From: an uncultured Chloroflexia bacterium
GTDB lineage: Bacteria > Chloroflexota > Limnocylindria > Limnocylindrales > CSP1-4
DNA: 64,000 nucleotides
Assembly (NCBI GenBank): GCA_963763775.1
Contig: CAVXPZ010000003.1
Location: forward strand, 160,001 to 224,000
Direction: 5' to 3'
This document shows, one piece after another, positions 40,465-50,791 of the stretch (position 1 is its first letter; each line of letters starts with the position of its first letter). The notes under the pieces are model-generated. The model saw nothing but the letters and a program-made list of their open reading frames with translations. It ran no database searches and was not told the origin of the DNA. The position numbers and the translations under genes are program-made.

Positions 40465-41448
40465 ATGGCACGAGGCACGGAGCGCCCGGCGACGGCGCCG
40501 ATCCCCGCGAGCGGCTTCCTCATGATCGTGGCTGCGGCCGCCCTCTTCGGGACGCTCGGGCCCCTCTCGAACTTCGCGTACGACGCCGGGATGGAGCCCA
40601 CGGCGTTCGTGGCCTGGCGCGCCGGCATCGCGGTGGTCGGGGCGTCGCTGTTCGTCGCGTGGCGGATCCGGAGCGGGGCGACGAGCCTGGTCCGCATCGG
40701 CGCCCTCTCGCGACAGGTCCGCCTCACGCTGCTCGTGGCGACCACGATGGGGTTCCTGCTCAACATCCTGATGTTCGTCGCGTTCGATCTCGTGACGGTC
40801 GCGCTGGCGCTGCTCGCGTTCTACACGTACCCGGCCATGGTCGCGGCCGTGAACGTCGCCCTCGGTCGCGACCGGCTCGACGGGACGCGCCTGGCGGCGC
40901 TCCTGCTCGCGCTGGTCGGCATGGTCGCGGTGGTGGCGTCCCAGCTGGACCCGTCGGCCGGGATCCGGTTCGACCCGGTCGGGGTCGGGTTCGCCCTCGC
41001 GGCGGCCCTCAGCCAGACGGTCTTCATCGTCATCAGCCGCGACGGGTACTCCGAGGTCCCGAGCGAGCAGGCCATGGCCCTGGTCCTGCTCGTGACGACG
41101 GTCGGCGCGACCGTGCTCGTCTTGGCGACCGGTCGGGCCGACACCCTGGCGTTCCCGCTCCACACGCCGTCGGTATTGCCGTTGCTCTTCGTGACGGGGA
41201 TCTTCGCGGCGGCCATCCCGTCGATCGCGTTCCTCCGCGGTGTCCGCGCCGTCGGCGGCACCCGGGCCGGGATCCTCATGTTGTTCGAACCCGTGGTCGG
41301 CGTGGCGCTCGCGGCGTGGCTGCTCGGCGAGCGGCTCGCGCCGATCCAGCTGGTCGGGGCGCTGGCGATCCTCGGAGCGGCCGTCATCCTCCAGCGCGGC
41401 GGGGATGGTGCCGAACCCGTCAGCGAGCCATGGGCCGTGGTCGGATGA
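40465..41448 (+). CDS. DMT/EamA family transporter
   Basis: Two EamA halves (FYTYPAMV; GTRAGILMLFEPVVGVALAAWLLGERL). Confidence 0.88.
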   Translation: MARGTERPATAPIPASGFLMIVAAAALFGTLGPLSNFAYDAGMEPTAFVAWRAGIAVVGASLFVAWRIRSGATSLVRIGALSRQVRLTLLVATTMGFLLNILMFVAFDLVTVALALLAFYTYPAMVAAVNVALGRDRLDGTRLAALLLALVGMVAVVASQLDPSAGIRFDPVGVGFALAAALSQTVFIVISRDGYSEVPSEQAMALVLLVTTVGATVLVLATGRADTLAFPLHTPSVLPLLFVTGIFAAAIPSIAFLRGVRAVGGTRAGILMLFEPVVGVALAAWLLGERLAPIQLVGALAILGAAVILQRGGDGAEPVSEPWAVVG

Positions 41449-42188
41449 GCGATCCGCGCCACCCTGGACGCCGGATCCGGATCCTGCTCGTCGACGATCA
41501 CGCGATGGTCCGTCGCGGGATGCGCGACTTCCTCGCGCTGCACGATGACCTCGAGGTCGTCGGAGAGGCCGGCGACGGCCTCGCCGCGCTCGAGGCGACG
41601 ACCGAGCTCGCGCCCGACGTCGTGATCATGGACCTGCTCATGCCGGTCATGGACGGGATCGCCGCGACCGCCGAGATCAAGGCTCGGCACCCCGCCGTCG
41701 AGGTCATCGCGCTGACGAGCTTCATCGACGAGGACCGGGTCACGGCGGCGCTCGAAGCGGGGGCCAGCGGGTTCCTGCTCAAGGATGCCGAGGCGGACGA
41801 GCTCGCGACCGCGATCCGCGAGGCGATGGACGGCGAGGTGCATCTCGACCCGGCGGTGGCCGGGATCGTGGCGAGGGGCCTCCGTGATCGCTCGGGAGCC
41901 GGAGCGGGACCCTCCGGCCGCGGCGCCACGCGTGGTGCCGGGCCGGCCGCCGCGCGCCGCGGCGGGCCGGCCGGCCGCGCCAGCCTCGCGGTGCTCACGG
42001 GACGCGAGCGCGACGTCCTCGCGCTGGTCGCGCGCGGCCTGTCCAACAAGGCCATCGCCGACGAGCTCGGGATCACCGAGCGCACCGCGCGGACCCACGT
42101 GTCGAACATCCTGGCCAAGCTCGGGCTGGCGAGCCGGACGCAGGCCGCACTCTTCGCGGTCCAGCACGGTCTCGGTGCGCCTCGCTGA
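41445..42188 (+). CDS. NarL/LuxR-family response regulator
   Basis: ILLVDDHAMVR, DVVIMDLLMP, GFLLKD, LTGRERDVL...SNKAIA..LGITERTARTHVSNIL. Confidence 0.93.
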   Translation: MSDPRHPGRRIRILLVDDHAMVRRGMRDFLALHDDLEVVGEAGDGLAALEATTELAPDVVIMDLLMPVMDGIAATAEIKARHPAVEVIALTSFIDEDRVTAALEAGASGFLLKDAEADELATAIREAMDGEVHLDPAVAGIVARGLRDRSGAGAGPSGRGATRGAGPAAARRGGPAGRASLAVLTGRERDVLALVARGLSNKAIADELGITERTARTHVSNILAKLGLASRTQAALFAVQHGLGAPR

Positions 42189-43008
42189 GGTGCGGACCTA
42201 CGACGTCGCCGGTCCCGCCGACGCCCCGGCCATCGTCTTCATCCACGGCACCCGGCTGACCCGGGCAGCCTGGTCGCCGCAGATGGCCGACCTGTCGCGC
42301 GAGTTCCGGACGATCGCCGTCGACCTGCCCGGGCACGGAGCGGCCGCTGACGAGCCCTTCACGCTCAGCGCCGCTGCCGACGCCGTCGCGCGCGCCATCG
42401 ACGCCGAGGCCCGCGGCCGCGCCATCGTCGTCGGGCTGTCGCTGGGCGGCTACGTCGCGATGGACCTGGCCGCTCGCTCGCCGGGACGGGTGCGCGCGCT
42501 CGTGCTGGCCGGCGCGAGTTTGGAGCCCACAGGGATCCGCGGTGTCGCCGGCCTTGGGCTCGCGGCCGTGCTGTCGTCGGTCGATGGGGCCGTGCTGGAT
42601 CGCCTCAACCGCTGGTTCTTCCGTCGTCGCTTCGAGCCCGCCATCGCGGACCCCATCCTGGCCGGTGGGTTCTGGTCCGCCGGCGGCGCCACCGCGCTCC
42701 GCGCCGTCGTCGGCGAGTCGTTCGCGCCGCGGCTGGCCGCCTATCCGGGACCGACGCTCCTGCTCAACGGCGAGTACGACCTGCCGTTCCGGCTCTGGAG
42801 CGCGCCGTTCGTCCGGGCGGCGCAGCACCCTCGGCGCATGCGTCTCGCCGGGGCGTCACACCTCTCGAACCTCGACCGGCCGGCCGCATTCGACGCGGCG
42901 ATCCGACGCTTCGTCGCGACGCTCGACGACGGGCCGCCGGGCACTGTGGGCGGTCCGGCCGGAGGCCCGCGGTATACTGCCCCGACCCTCCCAAACCCGC
43001 CCGACTGA
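42175..43008 (+). CDS. Alpha/beta hydrolase
   Basis: VFIHG, VDLPGHG, GLSLGG nucleophile elbow, GEYD, ASHLSN. Confidence 0.88.
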   Translation: MRLAEVRTYDVAGPADAPAIVFIHGTRLTRAAWSPQMADLSREFRTIAVDLPGHGAAADEPFTLSAAADAVARAIDAEARGRAIVVGLSLGGYVAMDLAARSPGRVRALVLAGASLEPTGIRGVAGLGLAAVLSSVDGAVLDRLNRWFFRRRFEPAIADPILAGGFWSAGGATALRAVVGESFAPRLAAYPGPTLLLNGEYDLPFRLWSAPFVRAAQHPRRMRLAGASHLSNLDRPAAFDAAIRRFVATLDDGPPGTVGGPAGGPRYTAPTLPNPPD

Positions 43009-43014
43009 GGTTCG

Positions 43015-43893
43015 ATGCGCGTTCGCAAGGCTGTCTTCCCCGCCGCCGGCTGGGGCACCCGTTTCCTGCCCGCCACCAAGGCGCAGCCGAAGGAGATGCT
43101 GCCGCTGGTGGACAAGCCGATCATCCAGTACGCCGTCGAGGAGGCGGTCGCCGCGGGGATCGAGCAGGTCATCATCGTCACCTCCAGCCAGAAGCGCGCG
43201 ATCGAGGACCACTTCGACCTCTCCTACGAGCTCGAGCACCTGCTCGAGGAGAAGGGCGACATCGAGATGCTTCGCAAGGTCCGGCAGATCAGCGACCTCG
43301 TCCAGATCGCCTATGTCCGCCAGAAGGAGCAGCTGGGACTCGGACACGCGGTGCTGATGGCCAAGGACCTCATCGGCCACGAGCCATTCGCCGTGATCCT
43401 CCCCGACGACGTGGTCATCGGCGACCGGCCATGCATCGGCCAGCTCATCCACGCCTACACGCAGACGCACGCCTCGGTCGTGGCGGTCATGGAAGTCCCG
43501 CCCGAAGAGACCAGCCGATACGGCGTCATCGGGTCCGAGCCGACGGTCGACCCGCTCGACCACGGCCGCCTCCACCGCGTGACCAGCCTCGTCGAGAAGC
43601 CGGCCGCTGCCGACGCGCCGTCCAACCTCGCGATCATCGGGCGCTATGTGCTGACGCCGAAGATCTTCGACAAGCTCGAGCAGACGCAGCGAGGCGCCGG
43701 TGGCGAGATCCAGCTGACGGACGCCATCAGCGACCTCATGCAGGAACAGGCGGTGTTCGCCTACGAGTTCGAGGGGGCCCGCTACGACGCGGGCACGACC
43801 ATGGGGTGGCTCAAGGCCTCGGTCGAGCTGGCGCTCCAGCGGCCGGACCTCGGGGACGAGTTCCGCACGTATCTGGCCGGCCTCGAGCTGTGA
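43015..43893 (+). CDS. galU: UTP-glucose-1-phosphate uridylyltransferase
   Basis: KAVFPAAGWGTRFLPATKAQPKEMLP, QLGLGHAV, LPDD, VEKP, GEIQLTDA. Confidence 0.96.
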   Translation: MRVRKAVFPAAGWGTRFLPATKAQPKEMLPLVDKPIIQYAVEEAVAAGIEQVIIVTSSQKRAIEDHFDLSYELEHLLEEKGDIEMLRKVRQISDLVQIAYVRQKEQLGLGHAVLMAKDLIGHEPFAVILPDDVVIGDRPCIGQLIHAYTQTHASVVAVMEVPPEETSRYGVIGSEPTVDPLDHGRLHRVTSLVEKPAAADAPSNLAIIGRYVLTPKIFDKLEQTQRGAGGEIQLTDAISDLMQEQAVFAYEFEGARYDAGTTMGWLKASVELALQRPDLGDEFRTYLAGLEL

Positions 43894-43965
43894 CCCGGGT
43901 GCGCTACGGTACGATGCGGCGCGAGACGACCCGGGCCTCCTAGCCCGGACCAGACGAGGGGACAC

Positions 43966-45753
43966 GTGGCGGAGATCGGGGCGACCCTCGGCGGTCGGTA
44001 TCGACTGGTCGAACTCATCGGGCAGGGCGGGATGGCGACCATCTTCCGCGCCACCGACACGCAGCTCGGCCGCGACGTGGCCGTCAAGCTGCTCCGCTCG
44101 GAGTACCTCCAGGACCCCGACTTCTCGTCGCGGTTCCGGCAGGAGGCCCAGGCGGCCGCCTCCCTGTCGCACGCGAACATCGTCACGGTCTTCGACTACG
44201 GCGAGGATCCCTCCGGCCCGTACATCGTCATGGAGTTCGTCGACGGCGAGGACCTCGCGACGATCGTCCGGCGCACTGGCGCCTTGCCGCCGCGGCAGGT
44301 CACCCGGATCGGGGCCGCCGTCGCCCGGGCGCTCGCCGCAGCCCACGCCCGGGGCATCGTCCATCGCGACGTCAAGCCCGGGAACGTGCTCATCAGCCGC
44401 GACGGGCAGGTCAAGGTCGCGGACTTCGGGATCGCCCGCGCGATGGCGGACGCCCAGCTGACCCTTCCCGGGGTCACGATGGGATCGGTCCACTACCTCA
44501 GCCCGGAGCAGGCACGCGGCGAGCCGGCCACGGCCGCCTCCGACATCTACTCGCTCGGGATCGTGCTCTACGAGATGCTCACCGGCACGCGCCCATGGGA
44601 GGGCGACAGCGCGGCCGCGGTCGGGATGGCGCGCCTCTCGGGGCCGGCCCCGGATCCGATGGCCGTTCGAGCCTCCGTCCCGCCCGACCTGGCCGCGGTC
44701 ACGCGGAAGGCGATGGCGCCGGTGCCGGGCGACCGGTTCGTGTCCGCCAACGCGATGGCGGATGCGCTCGACAACATCGCAAGCACGAGCGCCGCGGCGG
44801 CGGCGGGCACGGTCGGGGTGGCCGGAGTGGCCGCGGCCGGTGCGGCGGGGGCGACGGCCGGCTCAGGCACGTCGGGCGGAGCCAGTGCGGCGGGCGTCGC
44901 CGGAGCCGCGGCCCTCGGAGCCGCCGGCGCCACGGTCGCGATGAGCGGCACGGCCCGCGGAAATCCGAATGCCGTGCCCTATCCACCCGATGCCTACGCC
45001 GACGCCGACGGCGCGTCGCCACCGCCCCCCGGGACGCCCCTGCCGCCTGACGACGACAGCGGCACCAGCCCGGCGGTCTGGATCGCCGGCATCGCCGCGG
45101 TCGGCCTCCTCATCGCGATCGCCTTCCTGGTCTTCCAGCTCGCCGGCGGCGGTCGCGACGCGGGTCCATCGCCCTCGCCCTCGGCGTCGGCGATCACGCT
45201 GCCGGACTTCGTCGGCAAGACCGTGACCGACGCCCAACGCGCGGCGACGGCACTCGGGATCAACCTCGTCACGACCGGCACGCCGTCGGACCAGCCGGTC
45301 GGCACGATCCTGACGCAGGACCCGCCCGCGGGCTCGATCGTCGAGCCCGGCGGCACGGTGAACATCACGGTGGCGACCGGCCCGGACACGGTCCCGGTCC
45401 CGAACATCCGGACCTTGCCCGAATCCGACGCCCTCCAGGCCGTCGTCGGTGCGGGCCTGACCGTGGGGGCGCGGAGCGAAGCCTTCGACCCGGTCATCGC
45501 GATCGGGTCGGTGGTGGCGCAGAGCCCCACGCCGGGCCAGGTCGTGGTGACGGGGACCCCGGTGGACTACGTGGTCTCGAAGGGGCCGGAGCCGACGGCC
45601 AGCCCGACGCCAACGCCCACGCCGACCCCCACGCCGACACCGACACCCACGCCCACGCCCACGCCGACCCCCACGCCCACGCCGACCCCCACGCCCACGC
45701 CGACCCCCACGCCGGTGGAGACGCCAACGCCGACGCCCCCGCCCGCGCCGTAA
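43966..45753 (+). CDS. pknB: PknB-like Ser/Thr protein kinase with TM, 2 PASTA domains and a Pro-Thr tail
   Basis: IGQGGMA, VAVK, HRDVKPGN, DFG, YLSPE, DIYSLG, then PASTA-like LPDFVGK and VPNIRTL. Confidence 0.85.
   Translation: MAEIGATLGGRYRLVELIGQGGMATIFRATDTQLGRDVAVKLLRSEYLQDPDFSSRFRQEAQAAASLSHANIVTVFDYGEDPSGPYIVMEFVDGEDLATIVRRTGALPPRQVTRIGAAVARALAAAHARGIVHRDVKPGNVLISRDGQVKVADFGIARAMADAQLTLPGVTMGSVHYLSPEQARGEPATAASDIYSLGIVLYEMLTGTRPWEGDSAAAVGMARLSGPAPDPMAVRASVPPDLAAVTRKAMAPVPGDRFVSANAMADALDNIASTSAAAAAGTVGVAGVAAAGAAGATAGSGTSGGASAAGVAGAAALGAAGATVAMSGTARGNPNAVPYPPDAYADADGASPPPPGTPLPPDDDSGTSPAVWIAGIAAVGLLIAIAFLVFQLAGGGRDAGPSPSPSASAITLPDFVGKTVTDAQRAATALGINLVTTGTPSDQPVGTILTQDPPAGSIVEPGGTVNITVATGPDTVPVPNIRTLPESDALQAVVGAGLTVGARSEAFDPVIAIGSVVAQSPTPGQVVVTGTPVDYVVSKGPEPTASPTPTPTPTPTPTPTPTPTPTPTPTPTPTPTPTPTPTPVETPTPTPPPAP
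45604..45738 (+). repeat. (Pro-Thr)n coding tandem repeat
   Basis: CCS-ACS hexamers repeated about 20 times at the kinase C-terminus. Confidence 0.9.
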
Positions 45754-45826
45754 CCCATAGCCCGGCGAGTCAGGGACGGATCCGGCCCGGGAGGATACGC
45801 GTCGGTCGGAGCACGACCGACGCCGG

Positions 45827-46273
45827 TCAGTCCTCCCAGAGGCTCCAGCGCGGCGCCGGTGCGTCGGGCACGGGGACGGTGATCTCGGTCGGGGGAACCG
45901 CATGGGCGGATGACGGGAGCTGGCTCCCGGTCCCGACCTCGACGAACGTTCGCTTCGGCGGGCTCACCGCGAGCGACGACGTCGCCGTTGCGGGACGCCA
46001 CTCGGCGGACCCGGCCGCGGCCGTCGGATCCGGTGACGAGGCCGCGATGATCGAGAGCGAGGACGGCATGGACCCGGCCTCCCAGCACGGCCGGATCTCG
46101 TCGCCGATGAGCGGCAGTCGATGGGCGTCCAGGCCGCAGAAGCCGATCTTCGCCGCCACGGAGCGACGGTAATGCCGACAGGTCAGACAGGCGGTGCTGG
46201 AACGGTGGCAGACCCAGCAACGAGCCGTCTCGGCCTGTGGTGTCCCGCAGTGGGGGCAGCGCCACATCGGCAT
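45827..46273 (-). CDS. Small Cys-rich (zinc-ribbon-like) protein
   Basis: CPHC...CWVC...CLTCRHY...FC...PCW. Minus-strand TACCAT 6 nt before the ATG. Confidence 0.7.
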   Translation of the reverse strand: MPMWRCPHCGTPQAETARCWVCHRSSTACLTCRHYRRSVAAKIGFCGLDAHRLPLIGDEIRPCWEAGSMPSSLSIIAASSPDPTAAAGSAEWRPATATSSLAVSPPKRTFVEVGTGSQLPSSAHAVPPTEITVPVPDAPAPRWSLWED

Positions 46274-46362
46274 GCGCGGATGGTAGCTGCGACTCGGGTC
46301 CGCTGTCGACCCGTCCGCGCACGACCGGAGCGATCCTCCGGGAACAGCCGTTCGAGCCGGGG

Positions 46363-47569
46363 CTACTTCGTGATCGTGATGACCGTGAAGTCCTGCGTCG
46401 ACCCGAAGCTGTCGGTCGAGGCCAGGCATGTCGCGTTGCCCTGGCCCGTGTCCACGCCGGCCTTCGGGACCGTGGTCTGGAACGAGACGCGGCCGCTCCC
46501 ACTGGTCTTGCCCGGGGCCGTGATGGTCGAGATCCCCGGGATGCTGAGCGTGAACGTCACGGCGGCGCCCTTGATGGGATTCCCGTCGGGATCCGTCACC
46601 GTGCACGAGAGGGTGACGCGCTCCGGCAGGGACTTGCGCGAGATCCGATAGTCGGACGCCGAGATCGAGACGGTCAGCTTCCCGGTCCCGCGCCGGATCG
46701 TCATCTCCGTCTCCGCCTCGTTGCCGGCCGGGTCGGTGGCGGTGATCGAGGATGTGGTTCGTGCCCGTCGTGAGCGCCAGGCTGAGCACGAACGTGCCGT
46801 CCGCCGCGGCGGTCCCGGTGATCGAGGCGTTGTTGTCGCTGTTGTGCGCGATGAGCGTCGACCGACCCTGGACCTTGCCCTTGATGTCGACCTTCTTGCC
46901 GTTCACCTTCGCGCCGTTCTTGGGCGATGTCACGGTGATCTTCGGCTTGCCGGTGTCCAGCACGTAGCGCACGACCGGCGACGAGTCCGATTCGCCACCC
47001 GGCCCGACGATCGTGACCGAGACGTCGTTGATGCCCTTCTCGAGGTCGATCGGGATGATGGTCCGTGCCGAGTTGGCGGCGATCGGCACGTCCGAGAGCG
47101 GCGCCTTCGCCTGGTCCTTGAGCGCGAGGTAGACCCGGATCTGGTGGTCGGTGGACCCGATGAGCTCGGCCGGGACCGTCACGACGAGGTCGACCTTGGA
47201 CTGGTTCGTATACGGCTCGTCGGGCGCCAGCAGGAGCGGTGCGTCGCTCTTGACCGGCACCGACGGGATGGGGGTGGGGGTCGCTGTCACGCCCTTGACG
47301 AAGCCGCTGACCTGCGATCCCAGACCGCCGGCCACGGTCCGCAGCCCGCCGACGGCGAGGTACAGGACGCCGGCACCCAGTGCGAGGATGGCGAAGGTGA
47401 GAGCCAGTTTGCCGAGGAGCGGGATGCCGCGGCCACGCTCCATCGGCCGATGGGACGCGACCCGTCCGGGCGGCGGCGCCTTCGGCCGGGTCTTGGCGGG
47501 GGCGGGACGACCGTCCGAGGGTGGTCGAGGTCGGACGTGGGTGGGCCGCGCGCCGCGCCGGGTCGTCAT
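46363..47569 (-). CDS. Membrane-anchored protein with Ig-like domains, frameshift near 46750
   Basis: Basic N-terminus, TM helix, LEKGINDVSV, KITVTSPKNG, GTNHI..ATDPAGN, TVTDPDGNPIKGAAVTF. Confidence 0.7.
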
Positions 47570-47805
47570 CGCCCGCGATTGTCGCACGGGACGCCGACGA
47601 GCGACGCGTGCCGCGTCCGCGCGTCGGTGCGTTGCGGTGGGATGTACTCTGGCGCGGTCAGCGCGCGTGCCGCCGGGTGCACGCGCCCGCACCGAGGGAT
47701 GGAGTGCAGGCACGCGATCCACGATCCGGACGGCCCGGCGCGACGCCCGGACGTCAGGGGAATGCCACGGGGCGACCCGCGTTCGGCGTCGGACCGATCG
47801 CCCGC

Positions 47806-48114
47806 GTGACCCCGTCCCCGCTGGCTGGTCGCGAACAGGCCACCGGACAGCTGACCGCGCCGCCTCGTCCCGGGTTCGGGCTCCCGAACCTGCGGCGGAA
47901 CGTCTGTCCGCACTTCTACATGACCGGGGCCCGCGGCGCGATCCCGATCCAGGCACCGCACCTCCTCAAGGCCCTGATCCGACAGGACGCGAATGTCAGC
48001 CGCTGCCAGCTCCGCGGCGGCGTGCACCTGGACCAGGGGTACGTCAACGACGTCTGCCTCACCCCGCGCTTCAACCAGTGCGTCTTCTACGAGGACGAGC
48101 TGACGCGGGAGTGA
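47806..48114 (+). CDS. Small hypothetical Cys-containing protein upstream of folC
   Basis: VCPHFY...CQL...VCLTPRFNQCVFY with host-like codons. Start uncertain. Confidence 0.6.
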   Translation: MTPSPLAGREQATGQLTAPPRPGFGLPNLRRNVCPHFYMTGARGAIPIQAPHLLKALIRQDANVSRCQLRGGVHLDQGYVNDVCLTPRFNQCVFYEDELTRE

Positions 48115-48157
48115 CCGCCCGTCCACTCGTGCGACGCCGGCCCCTGGACGACCGACG

Positions 48158-49492
48158 ATGACCGCGCTGACCTACGACGACGCCCTGCTCGCGCTGGCCG
48201 ACCGAGGGCGGTTCGGCATCCGTCTTGGCCTCGGCCGGACGCGGGCGCTCCTCCGGGAACTCGGCGACCCGCAACTCGGCATCCGCGGAGCCCTGGTCGG
48301 GGGGACCAACGGCAAGGGCAGCGTCCTCGCGCTCGCCGGCAGCGCCCTCCGAGCCGCGGGCTACCGGATCGGCGAGACGCCCAAGCCGCATCTCGTGACC
48401 TACCGCGAGCGGATCATGGTCGACGGCCGCCCGATCGACGCCGCGAGCTTCGCCGCGCACGTGGCGACGATCCTGCCGATCGCCGACCGGGTGGCCCGCC
48501 GCCTGGGCGACCCGACCGAGTTCGAGCTGCTGACCGCGATCGTCTTCGCCCATTTCGCCACCGCCCGCATCGACCTGGCGCTCGTCGAGGTGGGCCTCGG
48601 GGGACGACTCGACGCGACGCACGCCTGGGACGGCGGTGTCGTGGGGATCACGAACGTCGACCTCGACCACATGGACCGTCTCGGCCCGACGATCCGGCAC
48701 ATCGCCCGCGAGAAGGCCGCCATCATCGACCGTGGTGACCTCGCGGTGACCGGCACGTCGGGCGAGGCGCTCGCGATCGTGACGCGTCGGGCGCGGCGGA
48801 TGGGCGTCCCGCTCCGCGCGGTCGAAGCCGCCCCGCTGCTCGGCTGGGACCGCGACGGCATCGACGTCGAGCTGCCCGGCCTCGGCCGGACACGCGTCGG
48901 GCTCCGCGGCCGGCACCAGGCCGCCAATGTCGCCGTGGCCGACGCGCTGCTGGACGCGATCGACGAGGCCGGGATCGCCAGGGTCGATGCCGACGCGCGG
49001 CGTCGCGGGTACGCCGACGCCGTCTGGCCCGGGCGCCTGGAACTCGTCGAGACGTCCGGCCGCGAGGTGCTGCTCGACGGCGCCCACAATCCGGCCGGGG
49101 CCGCGGCGCTCGCCACGGCCATCGACGACCTCCGGCCGTTCCTCGCGGATGGACCGATCACGCTGGTCACCGCGTCGATGGCGGACAAGGATGTCGACGG
49201 GGTGATCGCGGCACTCGCCGGGGCGGCCGCGATCGCGGGGGCCCGGATCATCTGCACGACGCTCGACCTCCCGCGGGCCATGCCCGCGACCGACCTGGCC
49301 GACCGCTGGCGAGCCATCGGCGGGCAAGCCGCGACATGGGCGTCGCCCGACCCGACGACGGCCCTCGACGAGGCCCTCGGCCGGGGTACCGGACCGATCG
49401 TGGTGGCCGGTTCGCTCTATCTTGTCGGGGCGGTCCGGGCGCGCCTCGTGGACGACCCCGACCTGCGTGACCCGGAGCCCGCCGAGCGATGA
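48158..49492 (+). CDS. folC: Folylpolyglutamate synthase/dihydrofolate synthase
   Basis: GGTNGKGS, TEFELLT, EVGLGGRLDAT, DLDH, WPGRLE, LDGAHN, GSLYLVG. Confidence 0.94.
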   Translation: MTALTYDDALLALADRGRFGIRLGLGRTRALLRELGDPQLGIRGALVGGTNGKGSVLALAGSALRAAGYRIGETPKPHLVTYRERIMVDGRPIDAASFAAHVATILPIADRVARRLGDPTEFELLTAIVFAHFATARIDLALVEVGLGGRLDATHAWDGGVVGITNVDLDHMDRLGPTIRHIAREKAAIIDRGDLAVTGTSGEALAIVTRRARRMGVPLRAVEAAPLLGWDRDGIDVELPGLGRTRVGLRGRHQAANVAVADALLDAIDEAGIARVDADARRRGYADAVWPGRLELVETSGREVLLDGAHNPAGAAALATAIDDLRPFLADGPITLVTASMADKDVDGVIAALAGAAAIAGARIICTTLDLPRAMPATDLADRWRAIGGQAATWASPDPTTALDEALGRGTGPIVVAGSLYLVGAVRARLVDDPDLRDPEPAER

Positions 49493-50364
49493 CCCCGCCG
49501 CCGATGACGAACCTCGTCACGCCGCCGTCCAGGATCGGGCCGGCGACCTTCGCCTGGGGCTCTCGGACCTTCGTGATGGGGATCCTCAACGTCACCCCGG
49601 ATTCCTTCTCGGGCGACGGGTTGCTGGCGACGGGCGCCGACGACCCGGTCGCCGCGGCCGTGGCCGCCGCCCGGCAGATGGTGGCCGAGGGCGCGGACAT
49701 CCTCGACATCGGCGGCGAGTCCACGCGGCCAGGACACGCCCCCCTCGACGCGGGCGAGGAGCGGGACCGGGTCGTGCCGGTCGTGGCGGCGATCCGGGCC
49801 GCGCTCCCGGCGACGCCCATCAGCATCGACACGACGAAGCCCGCCGTGGCCGAGGCCGCCATCGACGCCGGCGCGGACCTGGTCAACGACGTCTGGGGCG
49901 TCGGCGAGGACGACGCGCTCGTCCGGCTGGCGGCGACCCGCCGGATCCCCCTGGTCGTGATGCACAACCGGCGCGAGCCCGTGTATGGCGACGTGGTCGC
50001 CGAGGTGGTCGCGGACCTCCGGGTCGCGCTGGCACGCGCGGTCCGGCTCGGCGTGCCGTCGGCCGGGCTCATCGTCGATCCGGGGATCGGCTTCGGGAAG
50101 ACCGCCGAGCAGAACCTCGCGGTCCTGCGGGACCTCGCCGCCCTCCGCTCCCTCGGGCGGCCCGTCCTGCTGGGCACCTCGCGCAAGTCGACGCTCGGCA
50201 AGGTGCTCGACCTGCCGGCCGATCAGCGGCTGGAGGCGACCATCGCCACCACCGCGATCGGCGTGGCGTTCGGCGCGGACCTGGTCCGAGTCCACGATGT
50301 GCGGGCCAATGTTCGCGCCGCGCGCATGAGCGATGCCATCATCCGGGGGACATGGCACGGATGA
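49489..50364 (+). CDS. folP: Dihydropteroate synthase
   Basis: MGILNVTPDSFSGDG, DIGGESTRPG, SIDT, DPGIGFGK, SRKS, RVHDV. Confidence 0.96.
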   Translation: MTPPPMTNLVTPPSRIGPATFAWGSRTFVMGILNVTPDSFSGDGLLATGADDPVAAAVAAARQMVAEGADILDIGGESTRPGHAPLDAGEERDRVVPVVAAIRAALPATPISIDTTKPAVAEAAIDAGADLVNDVWGVGEDDALVRLAATRRIPLVVMHNRREPVYGDVVAEVVADLRVALARAVRLGVPSAGLIVDPGIGFGKTAEQNLAVLRDLAALRSLGRPVLLGTSRKSTLGKVLDLPADQRLEATIATTAIGVAFGADLVRVHDVRANVRAARMSDAIIRGTWHG

Positions 50365-50729
50365 CGGACCGGATCGTCCTCACGAATCTGCAGTTCGACG
50401 CGGCCCACGGGTACCACGACTGGGAGCGCGCACGGCCGCAACGGTTCGAGGTGGACGTCGAGCTCGAGTCGGACCTCCGGCCGGCTGGCACGACCGACGA
50501 CCTGACCCGCACCGTCGATTACGCCGGCGTCTACGGGGCGGTGGCCGAGATCGTCACGACGCGCACGTTCCTGCTGCTCGAGGGCATCGCCGAGGCGATC
50601 GCGACCCGGCTGCTCGACGACGAGCGGGCCGTGGCGGCGGTCGTCGTCCGGGTACGCAAACCCGACGTCATCCTTGGCGGTCCGCTCGACCACGCCTCGG
50701 TCGAGATCCGCCGCACGCGCCCCGGATAA
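50361..50729 (+). CDS. folB: Dihydroneopterin aldolase
   Basis: DRIVL..HG...E...QRFEVDV, TVDY, LLEGIAE, VRKP. Confidence 0.92.
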   Translation: MTDRIVLTNLQFDAAHGYHDWERARPQRFEVDVELESDLRPAGTTDDLTRTVDYAGVYGAVAEIVTTRTFLLLEGIAEAIATRLLDDERAVAAVVVRVRKPDVILGGPLDHASVEIRRTRPG

Positions 50730-50732
50730 GGG

Positions 50733-50767
50733 CGACGCCGGCGGGCCCGAAGGCGCCGCCGGCGTCG
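50733..50767. terminator. Hairpin between convergent folB and htrA
   Basis: CGACGCCGGCGG...CCGCCGGCGTCG stem. Confidence 0.55.
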
Positions 50768-50791
50768 ATCGCGAGGGGTGGGGGTTCTGGT

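Noticed and set aside
45604-45738. CRISPR-like or non-coding repeat array
   Set aside because: It is a coding Pro-Thr repeat with no spacers and no cas genes.
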